From contig CAZVGL010000001.1 in the NCBI GenBank assembly GCA_964626705.1, positions 4,441-68,440 of the forward strand: a stretch of DNA of 64,000 nucleotides, read 5' to 3'. Made by a program: the position numbers and the translations under genes. This document shows, one piece after another, positions 19,674 through 29,011 of the stretch. This stretch comes from an uncultured Candidatus Saccharibacteria bacterium (GTDB lineage Bacteria > Patescibacteriota > Minisyncoccia > Phycocordibacterales > UBA2163). The first letter of the stretch is position 1; each line of letters opens with the position of its first letter. The notes below the pieces were generated by a model, which saw nothing but the letters and a program-made list of their open reading frames with translations, was not told the origin of the DNA and searched no databases.

Positions 19674-19748
19674 GTGAAATATGCTTTTTTAAAAGTCTGG
19701 CCGAGCATAGCGAGGGAGCCCGAGGACTTTTGAAAAAACATATTCCAC
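19674..19748. repeat. Palindromic family 2 element, downstream of ruvB
   Basis: Near-identical core to 18494-18586 in the same orientation. Confidence 0.85.
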
Positions 19749-19771
19749 GAAACGCTAATAATAAAAATACT

Positions 19772-20302
19772 ATGTCAGGACATAATAAATGGTCAAAAAT
19801 AAAACATAAAAAAGCACTTACAGATGCTAAGAAAAGCAAAGTGTTTTCAAAATTTGCGAAGCTTATCCAAGTAGAATCTAAGAAAGCAGGTGGCAACACT
19901 GACTCACCCGGTCTTCGCGCAGCTATCGACAAAGCAAAAGCTGAGAACATGCCATCAAGCAATATTGAAAAGGCGGTAGATAAAGGTAAAGCAGGAGAAG
20001 GTGAACACATGGAACATCTAACATTTGAAACATACGGCCCAGGTGGTTCAGCGGTGATAATAGAAGCGCTAACTGATAACAATAACCGCACATCACCAGA
20101 GATAAAACATATACTTACTAAAAGAGGTCTTGCGCTTGCAGCACAACATTCTGCAACATGGGCATTTGATAAAGTAGAAGGTGGTGGTTGGCAAGCCAAG
20201 ATGCCACATGAGGTTTCAGAAAGTGATCTAGAGAAGCTCGAAGGTCTTATAGAAGAGCTAGAAGACCACGAGGATGTACAAGGAGTATATACGAATGTTT
20301 AA
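19772..20302 (+). CDS. yebC: YebC/PmpR-family protein (short form)
   Basis: MSGHNKWSKIKHKK, YGPGG, TDNNNRT, EDVQGVYTN. Confidence 0.95.
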   Translation: MSGHNKWSKIKHKKALTDAKKSKVFSKFAKLIQVESKKAGGNTDSPGLRAAIDKAKAENMPSSNIEKAVDKGKAGEGEHMEHLTFETYGPGGSAVIIEALTDNNNRTSPEIKHILTKRGLALAAQHSATWAFDKVEGGGWQAKMPHEVSESDLEKLEGLIEELEDHEDVQGVYTNV

Positions 20303-20384
20303 AAACAAAAAAAGTTCACAAATGTGAACTTTAAACCTTATGGAAGAACGCACCATTGCGTTCTTCCAAAACCTTCTTACATAA

Positions 20385-20741
20385 TCAGTCAGCCTGAGAC
20401 AATGCCCATTTTAGATCGGCCTCAAACTTAGCGTCGACCTCTTTTCCAAATTCGTCAACATTAAAATTGATGATATCGTCAAGAGTCTGAATCTCAACCA
20501 AAACAGGTTGAGATTGCTGGATTACGTCGATCCTTATATTAAGATCCTTTTGTTTGACACTAATCTCCTGAAGAGCTTTGTCCAAATTAGCACGGTTTTC
20601 TTTAGAATTTTTCAGAAACCTACTGATTACTTTTTCTGTAGACTTCTCACGCTCTTTCAGCAGCTCACCTTCTACGGGACGTGCTGAAACTACTGACATC
20701 CCTACCAACAGTAAAACTATTACTATTACCAAACTTTTCAT
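20385..20741 (-). CDS. Secreted hypothetical protein (orphan cassette between yebC and ruvC)
   Basis: Signal peptide MKSLVIVIVLLLVGMSVVSA; AAAGGAG SD; TTGACA promoter at about 20829-20857. Confidence 0.6.
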   Translation of the reverse strand: MKSLVIVIVLLLVGMSVVSARPVEGELLKEREKSTEKVISRFLKNSKENRANLDKALQEISVKQKDLNIRIDVIQQSQPVLVEIQTLDDIINFNVDEFGKEVDAKFEADLKWALSQAD

Positions 20742-20895
20742 ATTTTTTCTCCTTTAGAAAAAATGTTGTGTGTTTACCCAACTTTCTAAGCTAGACAAAC
20801 ACAATATATAATTTTCAAATTCATAAACAGGATAGCATATTCTGTCCTGTTTGTCAAGAGGTTACAAGGTTTAAGCTGGGCTGTACTATATACAT

Positions 20896-21378
20896 ATGAC
20901 AATACTATCCATAGACCCAGGGTATGAACGAGTTGGTATTGCGGTACTTGAAAAAACCTCGAGTGGCTCTGGTGGTGAAGAGCTTATTTACTCTGACTGC
21001 TTCAAGACAGACAAAGGACTACCCTTTTTAGAACGCTTAGAGCTTGTAGGCAATGAAGTCGAGAGAATTATAAAACAATTCAAACCAGAAGCTTTCTCTA
21101 TAGAGAAGCTGTTTTTCAATACAAACCAGAAGACAGCGACGAATGTTTCTGAAGTACGTGGAGCATTACTCTATATAGCACTTAAAAATAAGCTAAAAGT
21201 ATTTGAATACACACCACTTCAGATCAAAGTCGCAGTAGCAGGAGACGGACATGGCGACAAGACACAGGTGATCTCGATGGTGAAAAATCTTATAAAAATA
21301 GAAAAAGATATAAAGTACGACGACGAATATGACGCCATAGCAGTAGGGCTTACATGCTTTGCTTCAGAGAGGTTTTAA
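20896..21378 (+). CDS. ruvC: Holliday junction resolvase RuvC
   Basis: ILSIDPG, IEKLFF, EYTPLQIK, DDEYDAIAV. Confidence 0.96.
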   Translation: MTILSIDPGYERVGIAVLEKTSSGSGGEELIYSDCFKTDKGLPFLERLELVGNEVERIIKQFKPEAFSIEKLFFNTNQKTATNVSEVRGALLYIALKNKLKVFEYTPLQIKVAVAGDGHGDKTQVISMVKNLIKIEKDIKYDDEYDAIAVGLTCFASERF

Positions 21379-21384
21379 TCTTAT

Positions 21385-21439
21385 CGCTCCTCAAGGTCGC
21401 ACCTCTCCCGTCGCAAGCTCCTCCTCGAGGAACGACCTT
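21385..21439 (+). repeat. REP/MITE-like family 1 element
   Basis: CTCCTCAAGGTCGCACCT...CGAGGAACGACCTT just after the ruvC stop. Confidence 0.85.
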
Positions 21440-21581
21440 ATAAATAAACAAGTTGTCCACAGCAAAATTAGCAAGGTATTGCAAAAAAATATAGATTTGA
21501 TAAAAATATAGAGCTAGGCCTAAATACAGTAATTCAGATAGGCTGGGTCGTTTAAAAGATAATTATATAAACACAAAATAT

Positions 21582-21695
21582 ATGCAAGAAGATACAATGC
21601 TTCACGAAGATGAAGTTATGAACATGGAAGAAGGTGAAATGGAGAACGACGAAGAAGTTTCAGCTGACGAAGAGGAAACTGAAGACGAAGAATAA
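21582..21695 (+). CDS. Highly acidic 37-aa microprotein
   Basis: MQEDTMLHEDEVMNMEEGEMENDEEVSADEEETEDEE followed by a terminator. Confidence 0.6.
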   Translation: MQEDTMLHEDEVMNMEEGEMENDEEVSADEEETEDEE

Positions 21696-21697
21696 AT

Positions 21698-21739
21698 AAA
21701 AAAACACCCCGTCGCTTGCAAGCGACGGGGTGTTTTTTT
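21698..21739. terminator. Bidirectional terminator (perfect palindrome)
   Basis: AAAAAACACCCCGTCGCTTGCAAGCGACGGGGTGTTTTTT. Confidence 0.85.
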
Positions 21740-22958
21740 ATTTTACTTTTACTTTTAAGAATCTTCTTTTACCTATCTTTAGGGTAACATCTCTTGTTAT
21801 AACAAAATTCGGGTCAGTAATTTTTTCTCCATTCATTTCAGAGACAGCGCCACCTTCAACCAATCTTCTTAATTCTGATTTTGATTTAACAAACCCCCTA
21901 ACTGCATAATAAAGAGTTGCGTTTTCCTTAACACAGACTTCATCAACATCTTCTGGTACACCGCCACCACTAAAAGTATTTGTAAAGTTATCTTCAGCAC
22001 TCTTTGCTTTTTTCTCTCCGTGGTAAATAGTGACTATTTCTCTCGCCAACCTCATCTTTATATCTTTTGGATTCACACCGCTATCTAATTCTTTTTTTAC
22101 ATCCTCTATCTCACTTGTAGAAACATTCGTCGCAAGATCAAATCCAGAAAGTATCATGCCATCAGTCCAGCTCATCACTTTCCCAAACATTTCATTCTCA
22201 CTGTCCTGAAACGTAATCATATTACCTGTAGTTTTACCCATCTTCACACCAGAAGTATCTTCGAGGATTTTCATCGTTATAACAAACTTTTCTTTTTGTA
22301 ATATTTGCTTCATCAAAGTTCTTCCTGTAAGCATATTAAACGTCTGATCATTACCACCGATCTCACCATTTACTTCCATAGCAACAGAGTCATACCCTTG
22401 CATAAGTGGATACAAAAACTCATGTATGTAGATAGGCTTTTCTTGCTTTTGCCTTTCTTCAAACATATCTCTTTTTAACATCTGCTCTACTGTCATGTGC
22501 GACGCAAGCTCAAGCACTTCTTCAAAGTCCATCTTTGAAAGCCACTCTGAATTATATTTTATTTCTGCCCTATTCTCTCCATTAAATTTTAAAAACAAAG
22601 ACGCTTGCTTTTTGTACAATTCTGCATTATCAAGCACTTCTTTTTTTGTTAGCTTTTTTCTAAGTGAAGTTTTATCTGTCGGGTCACCTATCATACCTGT
22701 AAAATCTCCTACTAACAAAATCACTTTATGACCAAGTTTTTGAAACTCTTGTAGCTTTTTCAAAATAATAGCATGCCCAAGGTGAAGTGTCGGCCCAGTT
22801 GGGTCTATACCTATATACATACTCAATCTCACACCTTTCTTAAGCTGTGCTTCCAAAAACTCACGGCTCGGATAAATATTCTCAACACTTCTATCTAAAA
22901 AATCTTGAATATCTCCCTCATCTGTACTTATTTTATTTTCTTTAGTTTCCCAAAACAT
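21738..22958 (-). CDS. tyrS: Tyrosine--tRNA ligase
   Basis: GIDPTGPTLHLGH, YPLMQGYD, GGNDQTFN, KMGKT, C-terminal S4-like domain. Confidence 0.97.
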   Translation of the reverse strand: MFWETKENKISTDEGDIQDFLDRSVENIYPSREFLEAQLKKGVRLSMYIGIDPTGPTLHLGHAIILKKLQEFQKLGHKVILLVGDFTGMIGDPTDKTSLRKKLTKKEVLDNAELYKKQASLFLKFNGENRAEIKYNSEWLSKMDFEEVLELASHMTVEQMLKRDMFEERQKQEKPIYIHEFLYPLMQGYDSVAMEVNGEIGGNDQTFNMLTGRTLMKQILQKEKFVITMKILEDTSGVKMGKTTGNMITFQDSENEMFGKVMSWTDGMILSGFDLATNVSTSEIEDVKKELDSGVNPKDIKMRLAREIVTIYHGEKKAKSAEDNFTNTFSGGGVPEDVDEVCVKENATLYYAVRGFVKSKSELRRLVEGGAVSEMNGEKITDPNFVITRDVTLKIGKRRFLKVKVK

Positions 22959-22989
22959 ATATGTATACTAGCACAAATATTATGTTATT

Positions 22990-25536
22990 ATGAAACTCAT
23001 AATGTCGGGAAAGAAGCGTCGAAAAAGAGATAGCCTATTTGGCAAAACACTTCAACTGGTGATAATTATCGGGCTTTTTGGTTCTGGGATAATCTTCCTT
23101 TGGGTATCCTCACTTTCTATACCCGAGCTTGATTCGTTCGAGAAACGAAAAGTTAGACAGTCTACCAAGATCTACGACAGGACAGGAGAAATACTTCTAT
23201 ACGACGTCCATGAAAACATACAGAGGACAGTTATCCCTCTTACTGAAGTTTCACGTAATGTTAAGAACGCGGCAGTTGCTATCGAAGATGCAGAGTTTTA
23301 TGAACACAACGGCATACGACCAAGGGCAATCTTACGAGCTATACTTGTAAACCTTGGACTAAAAAGCGGTTACTCAGGACAAGGTGGTTCTACTATCACA
23401 CAGCAAGTTGTAAAGAACTCCATACTTACTTCTGATAAAAAGATATCAAGGAAGCTTAAAGAGTGGATCTTGGCACTTAAGCTTGAGAAAGAACTTACGA
23501 AAGAAGAAATACTCGAACTTTATCTTAACGAATCTCCATACGGTGGAAATATTTATGGAATAGAAGAAGCTAGCCAGCTATTTTTTGGCAAAAGTGCAAC
23601 TGACATAACTCTCGCAGAGTCAGCATACTTAGCAGCACTACCTCAAGCTCCGACTTTTTACTCACCATATGGCAATAACAGAGATGAGCTAGACGAAAGA
23701 CAAGACCTTGTACTACAAAAGATGTTTGAGAACGGCTTCATAACCAAAGAAGAGCACGAAGGTGCGAAAGAAGAAATTATCGCATTTCAACCACGGCACG
23801 ACACAGGTATAAATGCCCCACACTTTGTATTTTATGTAATAGAATATTTGGAAAACAAATACGGCAAACGTGCAGTGGAAGAAAAAGGCTTTAAAGTTAT
23901 AACCACACTAGACTTTAATCTCCAACAAAAAGCAGAGGAGATAATAAACAAGTTTGCACTTGAAAACGAAGAAAAGTTTAATGCTAAAAACGCAGGACTT
24001 GTAGCAACAGACCCAAAGACTGGTCAGATACTTGTGATGGTCGGCTCTCGTGACTACTTCGACGAAGATATAGATGGCAACTTCAACGTAGCAATAAACC
24101 CAAACAGGCAACCTGGGTCTGCATTTAAACCATTTGTATATGCAACAGCTTTTAATAAAGGGTACACACCAGACACGACTGTGTTTAACTTGAAAACACA
24201 ATTCCAAACCACATGTGAGCCAGAGGACCTACATGTTGATGAGAACGACGAAAGTAAAGCGGAATGTTATTCACCCGTTAACTACGACGGAGTATTTAAT
24301 GGACCGATGACATTTAGAGATGCTCTAGCTCAGTCTGTGAACGTACCTGCAGTAAAAGCTCTTTACCTTTCAGGACTTCGAGACTCACTTCGCACAGCAA
24401 AAGATATGGGTCTTAAAGGTCTGACAGATGTAAGCAGATACGGACTTACTCTCGTACTTGGTGGTGGAGAGGTATCACTGTTAAACATGACAAGTGCTTA
24501 TGGTGTGTTTGCAAATGAGGGTGTGCGTAACGAGCCAGTGAGTATTTTACAAGTGGAAGACGGTGCCGGGAATGTCATAGAAGAGTTCACGCAGAGAAGT
24601 GAGACCGTACTTCCCACAAACACCGCATTGCAGATATCAGACATACTCTCTGACGAAGAAGCACGAGCTCCTGCATTTGGACGACATTCATATTTATACT
24701 TTGACGGCAGAGACGTAGCTGTAAAGACAGGAACTACGAACGACTACCGTGACGCGTGGATCATAGGCTACACACCCAACATCTCAGTAGGTACATGGGC
24801 AGGAAACAACGACAATAGCTCCATGGAAAAGAAAGTGGCGGGCTTTATAGTCGCACCTATGTGGAATGCATTTATGCAAGAAGTATTACTAGCAACAGAC
24901 GACGAGAAGTTCAAGAAACCAAATGAAGTAGATAAAAACACTTTAAAGCCAGCACTAAAAGATGTATGGAAAGGTGGTGTGGAATACACTGTCGACAGTA
25001 TCTCTGGTAAGTTTGCAACACAATACACACCAGAAGAAACAAAGATCAAAAAAGTTCTTACAGACATCCACTCTATTCTCTACTGGGTAGACAAGACTGA
25101 TCCGAACGGCCCTAACCCAAAAAAGCCTGAGGAAGATTCGCAGTTTAAGTTCTGGGAATACCCTGTAGAAAAGTGGCGTACTGAACAAGGTTTTGCATCT
25201 ACCACAACAAGTGGGCTTCCTACAGCAAATGACGATGTACACAAGCCAGAGTTTGCACCTAGGATCACTATCACAAACCCAAGGACAGATGTTACTTATT
25301 CAAAAGACAATAAAATAACTATAAGCACTATTCAGAGCAGTCGCTTCCCTATGTCTAAGATAGACATCTTTATAAATGACATATTTGTCGGCTCATCTAA
25401 AAAAGCTCCGTTTAGTTTTTCATTCTTACCAAGCGATCTGGATAATATAAAAAGTAAAAACCGATTAAAGATAATCGGTTACGACAATGTATTCAACCGC
25501 GGTGAGGTTGAGATAACTTTTGATGTAAATATTTAG
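22990..25536 (+). CDS. Class A penicillin-binding protein with C-terminal Ig-like domain
   Basis: EDAEFYEH, QGGSTITQQ, SAFK, SVN, KTGT. Confidence 0.95.
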   Translation: MKLIMSGKKRRKRDSLFGKTLQLVIIIGLFGSGIIFLWVSSLSIPELDSFEKRKVRQSTKIYDRTGEILLYDVHENIQRTVIPLTEVSRNVKNAAVAIEDAEFYEHNGIRPRAILRAILVNLGLKSGYSGQGGSTITQQVVKNSILTSDKKISRKLKEWILALKLEKELTKEEILELYLNESPYGGNIYGIEEASQLFFGKSATDITLAESAYLAALPQAPTFYSPYGNNRDELDERQDLVLQKMFENGFITKEEHEGAKEEIIAFQPRHDTGINAPHFVFYVIEYLENKYGKRAVEEKGFKVITTLDFNLQQKAEEIINKFALENEEKFNAKNAGLVATDPKTGQILVMVGSRDYFDEDIDGNFNVAINPNRQPGSAFKPFVYATAFNKGYTPDTTVFNLKTQFQTTCEPEDLHVDENDESKAECYSPVNYDGVFNGPMTFRDALAQSVNVPAVKALYLSGLRDSLRTAKDMGLKGLTDVSRYGLTLVLGGGEVSLLNMTSAYGVFANEGVRNEPVSILQVEDGAGNVIEEFTQRSETVLPTNTALQISDILSDEEARAPAFGRHSYLYFDGRDVAVKTGTTNDYRDAWIIGYTPNISVGTWAGNNDNSSMEKKVAGFIVAPMWNAFMQEVLLATDDEKFKKPNEVDKNTLKPALKDVWKGGVEYTVDSISGKFATQYTPEETKIKKVLTDIHSILYWVDKTDPNGPNPKKPEEDSQFKFWEYPVEKWRTEQGFASTTTSGLPTANDDVHKPEFAPRITITNPRTDVTYSKDNKITISTIQSSRFPMSKIDIFINDIFVGSSKKAPFSFSFLPSDLDNIKSKNRLKIIGYDNVFNRGEVEITFDVNI

Positions 25537-25552
25537 AAGCGAAGTGAAATAA

Positions 25553-25626
25553 CGCGGGAAAAGGTCGTTCCTCGAGGAGGAGTGCAGCGAAGCGGAATGA
25601 CGGGAGAGGTGTGACCTTGAGGAGTG
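25553..25626 (-). repeat. REP/MITE-like family 1 element between convergent genes
   Basis: Reverse strand CTCCTCAAGGTCACACCT...CGAGGAACGACCTTTTCCCGCG. Confidence 0.85.
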
Positions 25627-25890
25627 TTAGTGTATATCTCTAATAGTCTTCTTATAAGTTTTGAGTTTTTCTTTTAGGTTTTCCATAACCTGTTTTTTTC
25701 GTAAAAAGATTTCGTTTTTTATTATTGGATCAGTAGATATAAAAACAGTGCCATTGCGTACATCTATATCCCCTTTTTCTATATCAACCCCAACCACATC
25801 TTTCACAACAGAAACCAGCTCATCTTTCACAAACTTATCTGGAGGAGTAATGTTTTTAAACTTTGATAAATAGTCGCTGATGTTGAACAT
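25627..25890 (-). CDS. Small protein, possibly DciA/DUF721-like
   Basis: VRNGTVFISTDPIIKNEIFLRKKQVMENL...IRDI pattern; origin-proximal. Confidence 0.45.
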   Translation of the reverse strand: MFNISDYLSKFKNITPPDKFVKDELVSVVKDVVGVDIEKGDIDVRNGTVFISTDPIIKNEIFLRKKQVMENLKEKLKTYKKTIRDIH

Positions 25891-25967
25891 AGGTACAGAA
25901 TACTATAACTTTATAAATAATAAAGAGGCACCAAATTGTGCCTCTATCCTCTTTTATATCTATTCTT

Positions 25968-26153
25968 CTAAATTAACGCATCGTTCCCAGACCCCTTACA
26001 TATAGTTTTTCTTGTTTTAGATAGATGTTCGAACATCTTTGCTGTTTCTGAGTCATCGCTTACTATTGCATACTTATCAACCCGACAAACCGGACAAGGT
26101 ATTTCTATCTCATCTCCTGCTGAAAATTCTATTTTCTTAGTTCCCTGCTCCAT
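25968..26153 (-). CDS. Small putative zinc-ribbon protein
   Basis: CPVC...H...CKGSG; start moved to ATG 26153 after AAAGAGGTG. Confidence 0.6.
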   Translation of the reverse strand: MEQGTKKIEFSAGDEIEIPCPVCRVDKYAIVSDDSETAKMFEHLSKTRKTICKGSGNDALI

Positions 26154-26296
26154 ATTCCACCTCTTTATATACAAGATTAAACTTCAATGTAGGTTCTTCT
26201 GCCACCAATATATACAAATATGAGATGAAACGCAAATTAAATTAAAATAGAAAAAACCCGTCGAAGCAGAAAACGGTTTTTTCTACTATAACGAGC

Positions 26297-26743
26297 TTAT
26301 TTTATTACTGCATTTTTCCCAACCCCTCCGCAATTTGTTTTACCTGTCGGAAATGGATGTTCAGGTATCTCTGCCGTATTTAAATCACTATTTACTATAG
26401 CAGATTGCATACTCTGACAAACTACACATTCTACATCTACCGCATCCCCTTCCTTGTACTTCGCTACCTTCTTCACCCCTCTAAAAAGAGCTTTCAGAAC
26501 AAGGGAAACAACTTCCGGCTCAAGTCCACTATAGCTCAAAGCTTGCCCTATATTACCTTCAAGCTCTGGAGCCAATGCAACAAGTGCTGGGTGTTTACAA
26601 TTACAGGTTAGTGCTCCCAAGACATGGCTCGGCCACCAAGGCGGCCTAGCTCTATCACCTGAAGAAATTGAAAATTTCACACCCTTACAAACAGAACATA
26701 TGTTACCAATCGGTAATATTACAACTTTGCCGACCTTATCCAC
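26297..26743 (-). CDS. Putative zinc-binding protein; C-terminal domain paralogous to 25968..26153
   Basis: CSVC...CNCKH and CVVC...H...CGGVG; AAAGAGGTG SD. Confidence 0.6.
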   Translation of the reverse strand: MDKVGKVVILPIGNICSVCKGVKFSISSGDRARPPWWPSHVLGALTCNCKHPALVALAPELEGNIGQALSYSGLEPEVVSLVLKALFRGVKKVAKYKEGDAVDVECVVCQSMQSAIVNSDLNTAEIPEHPFPTGKTNCGGVGKNAVIK

Positions 26744-26780
26744 CTTTCACCTCTTTCTATAATAAAATTAAAAACCGAGA

Positions 26781-27017
26781 TTATCGATCCCAACTACCAT
26801 ACCTTGAACTATATACATTGGCTAGTCTAGCGCGATACTTGCGCCATGTTGCAACATTTTTACGAGTGATTCTGGGCCTAAAGTTAGTAATTTTATCTTT
26901 GCACAAAGTATTTATGTCAGTTGGATTGTCCTTATGCATGCCGCTTAGCCATTTGATCATCTCTTCTTCCGTCACAGACTCCATTATATCCTCCACTTTT
27001 ATTACTCCCTTTTTCAA
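26781..27017 (-). CDS. Hypothetical protein
   Basis: Short co-oriented ORF; true start may be GTG 26996 after AAGGGAG. Confidence 0.45.
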   Translation of the reverse strand: MKKGVIKVEDIMESVTEEEMIKWLSGMHKDNPTDINTLCKDKITNFRPRITRKNVATWRKYRARLANVYSSRYGSWDR

Positions 27018-27035
27018 AATCCAAAATATTTGTTT

Positions 27036-27284
27036 TTAAGATCTTACGGATACTTCTTGACACGCCTCTAAGACCATCTGTCCAACTTTTTCTGCCACAT
27101 TTTCCCTATACTCCAACAAAAGCTTAAATGCTTCAACTGTTTTTTTAGGCTCTCTGTCTACAACCAACCAAAAGAACGTTTCTATGTTCTCATCTGATAG
27201 AGCTGCACGATTCGGAACCAACGCTTGGAAATTTTCAAACATTTTTTTCCTTTCAAAAAACTCATTTGAATTAAAAACCCACAT
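27036..27284 (-). CDS. Hypothetical protein
   Basis: Short ORF downstream of TTGACA at about 27321-27326 (minus); start uncertain. Confidence 0.45.
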   Translation of the reverse strand: MWVFNSNEFFERKKMFENFQALVPNRAALSDENIETFFWLVVDREPKKTVEAFKLLLEYRENVAEKVGQMVLEACQEVSVRS

Positions 27285-27336
27285 AATTCACTTTGCATAC
27301 CATATCAAATATAACCATTTTGTCAAGTCTATCGAT

Positions 27337-27415
27337 GGGGTGGGTGAAATAGAAAAACCCGTGTTGGTAGCTGGGTTTCTCCATCTACCAACACGGGTTT
27401 TTTGTTTTCACACCT
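27337..27415. terminator. Long hairpin downstream of dnaN
   Basis: AAAAACCCGTGTTGGTAG...CTACCAACACGGGTTTTT with outer GTGAAA/TTTCAC. Confidence 0.75.
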
Positions 27416-27593
27416 AATAATAAGTGCGACATCTTGCACAAACGAAAGCTTTTAAAAATCTAAAAAGTATGAGTACCGGCTTTCTAGGCCTAAAAGATTC
27501 TAGTTCACAAATATTATGAACTCCAGTAGAAACTCTTTTAGAATTACTCCAGAACATCATCCGATAAATCCAATATGTGTGTAATCCATCTTC

Positions 27594-27627
27594 GCATCTT
27601 TTTCATCGAGGAAAGACCTTTTCCCGC
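27594..27627 (+). repeat. Family 1 element, right half only
   Basis: ATCTTTTTCATCGAGGAAAGACCTTTTCCCGC matches the 3' half of the 16415 copy. Confidence 0.75.
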
Positions 27628-27641
27628 TATTTAACGAATTC

Positions 27642-28745
27642 TTACTTATTCATCGGCATGACTAAATAAAAGAAGCTATTATCCCCCACCCCTCTTACAA
27701 TAACAGGTTTACTTAACCCTGCGAATGATAGCGATACACTATCTTGGTTTATGGACTGGAAGCAATCTGATATGTATTTGTGGTTAAAATTTATATTAAG
27801 AGCATCGCCTGTTATAGCAGAGTCTACTGCGTCTGTAACCTCCCCTACGTTTTCATTTCTAGAGCTTACTGTGAACGACTTTTCTTCTTGATTAATAGAA
27901 AAACTAACCTGATTAAACTTATCTGAGAAAACATTGGTGTTTTTAAGCGTATTTATAATATCCTGCTTTAAAACTATCACTTCTGTAGTATGACTTTTAG
28001 GAACTATTTGTTTATAGTCAGGAAATGAGCCATTTATAAGCCTTGAGGTTAGATAAATCTTGTCAGAAACAAAAGAAATCTGATTATTACTGATATTTAT
28101 CTGTATATCACCACCAATATACTCTAAAACCCTTATAATCTCTGCTATATTTGAAAGTGGGATCAAAATAGGCTCAAAATCCTCTATTTTATCCTTAATT
28201 ATCAATGTTTTTTCTGCAAGTCTAAATGAATCCGTGGCTACAAATATAAGTTTTCCGTCATTATGGTAGATATAAACACTTGAAAGCTCTTGTTTTATAG
28301 ACGAAACAGAAGCACTAAACCATACTGATTTTAAGCCGTTTACTAAGTCTTTAGCCTTAATATGTATAGGATTATCTGATTTTACCTGAGGTAATGTAGG
28401 AAAATCATCATTTGGGACTGTATTTACAAGAGCATTAGTGCTTTTTGTGGATACTGTTAGGTTATTAGACACAACTTCCAAAACAATCTTATCAGAGCCA
28501 TAAATGGTTGAAATAAGACCATGTAAGACCTGTCCAGACACTGCGACTATCCCCTCTTTTTCCACTTTACATGCAACCTCTATTTCTATACCCAAGTCCA
28601 AGTTTGTAGACCGTACTGTAAACTTATTATCTTTTGCTATAAGTAGTAAATTATTTAAAACAGGAAGCGTTAAGTTCTTACCGCTTATCTTTTCAGCTAC
28701 TCCAATACTTTCCACCAAATTTTCTTTTATACATTCTATTTTCAT
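27642..28745 (-). CDS. dnaN: DNA polymerase III beta clamp
   Basis: STNLDLGI, ATDSFRLA, SRLINGSFPDY, LVMPM. Confidence 0.98.
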   Translation of the reverse strand: MKIECIKENLVESIGVAEKISGKNLTLPVLNNLLLIAKDNKFTVRSTNLDLGIEIEVACKVEKEGIVAVSGQVLHGLISTIYGSDKIVLEVVSNNLTVSTKSTNALVNTVPNDDFPTLPQVKSDNPIHIKAKDLVNGLKSVWFSASVSSIKQELSSVYIYHNDGKLIFVATDSFRLAEKTLIIKDKIEDFEPILIPLSNIAEIIRVLEYIGGDIQINISNNQISFVSDKIYLTSRLINGSFPDYKQIVPKSHTTEVIVLKQDIINTLKNTNVFSDKFNQVSFSINQEEKSFTVSSRNENVGEVTDAVDSAITGDALNINFNHKYISDCFQSINQDSVSLSFAGLSKPVIVRGVGDNSFFYLVMPMNK

Positions 28746-29011
28746 ATTGTATTAGTTATAGTTTAGTTTCTCTTAATTTATTTTATTACTACTATTACTT
28801 AGTGTGTGGATATGTGTATAACTTTCTCTTTTGTATATTCTTAAACATACTTTTTGTATTTATAATCCACATTTTCTTGTTGATAAGTTATGTATAAGTT
28901 GTTTTTAAAAACTGTATAACTTTCTTTTTTAAATAAACCTAAATCTATGTGAAACTTATGCAATAGTTGTTAACGTTTTTATACATAAGTTATCAACAGG
29001 CTTATCAACAG
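28746..29011. other. Replication origin oriC (dnaA-dnaN intergenic)
   Basis: DnaA-box-like 9-mers at 28805, 28813, 28863, 28878, 28990 and 29002; DnaA-trio-like TAA TAG TAG TAA TAA on the minus strand at about 28783-28797. Confidence 0.85.
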
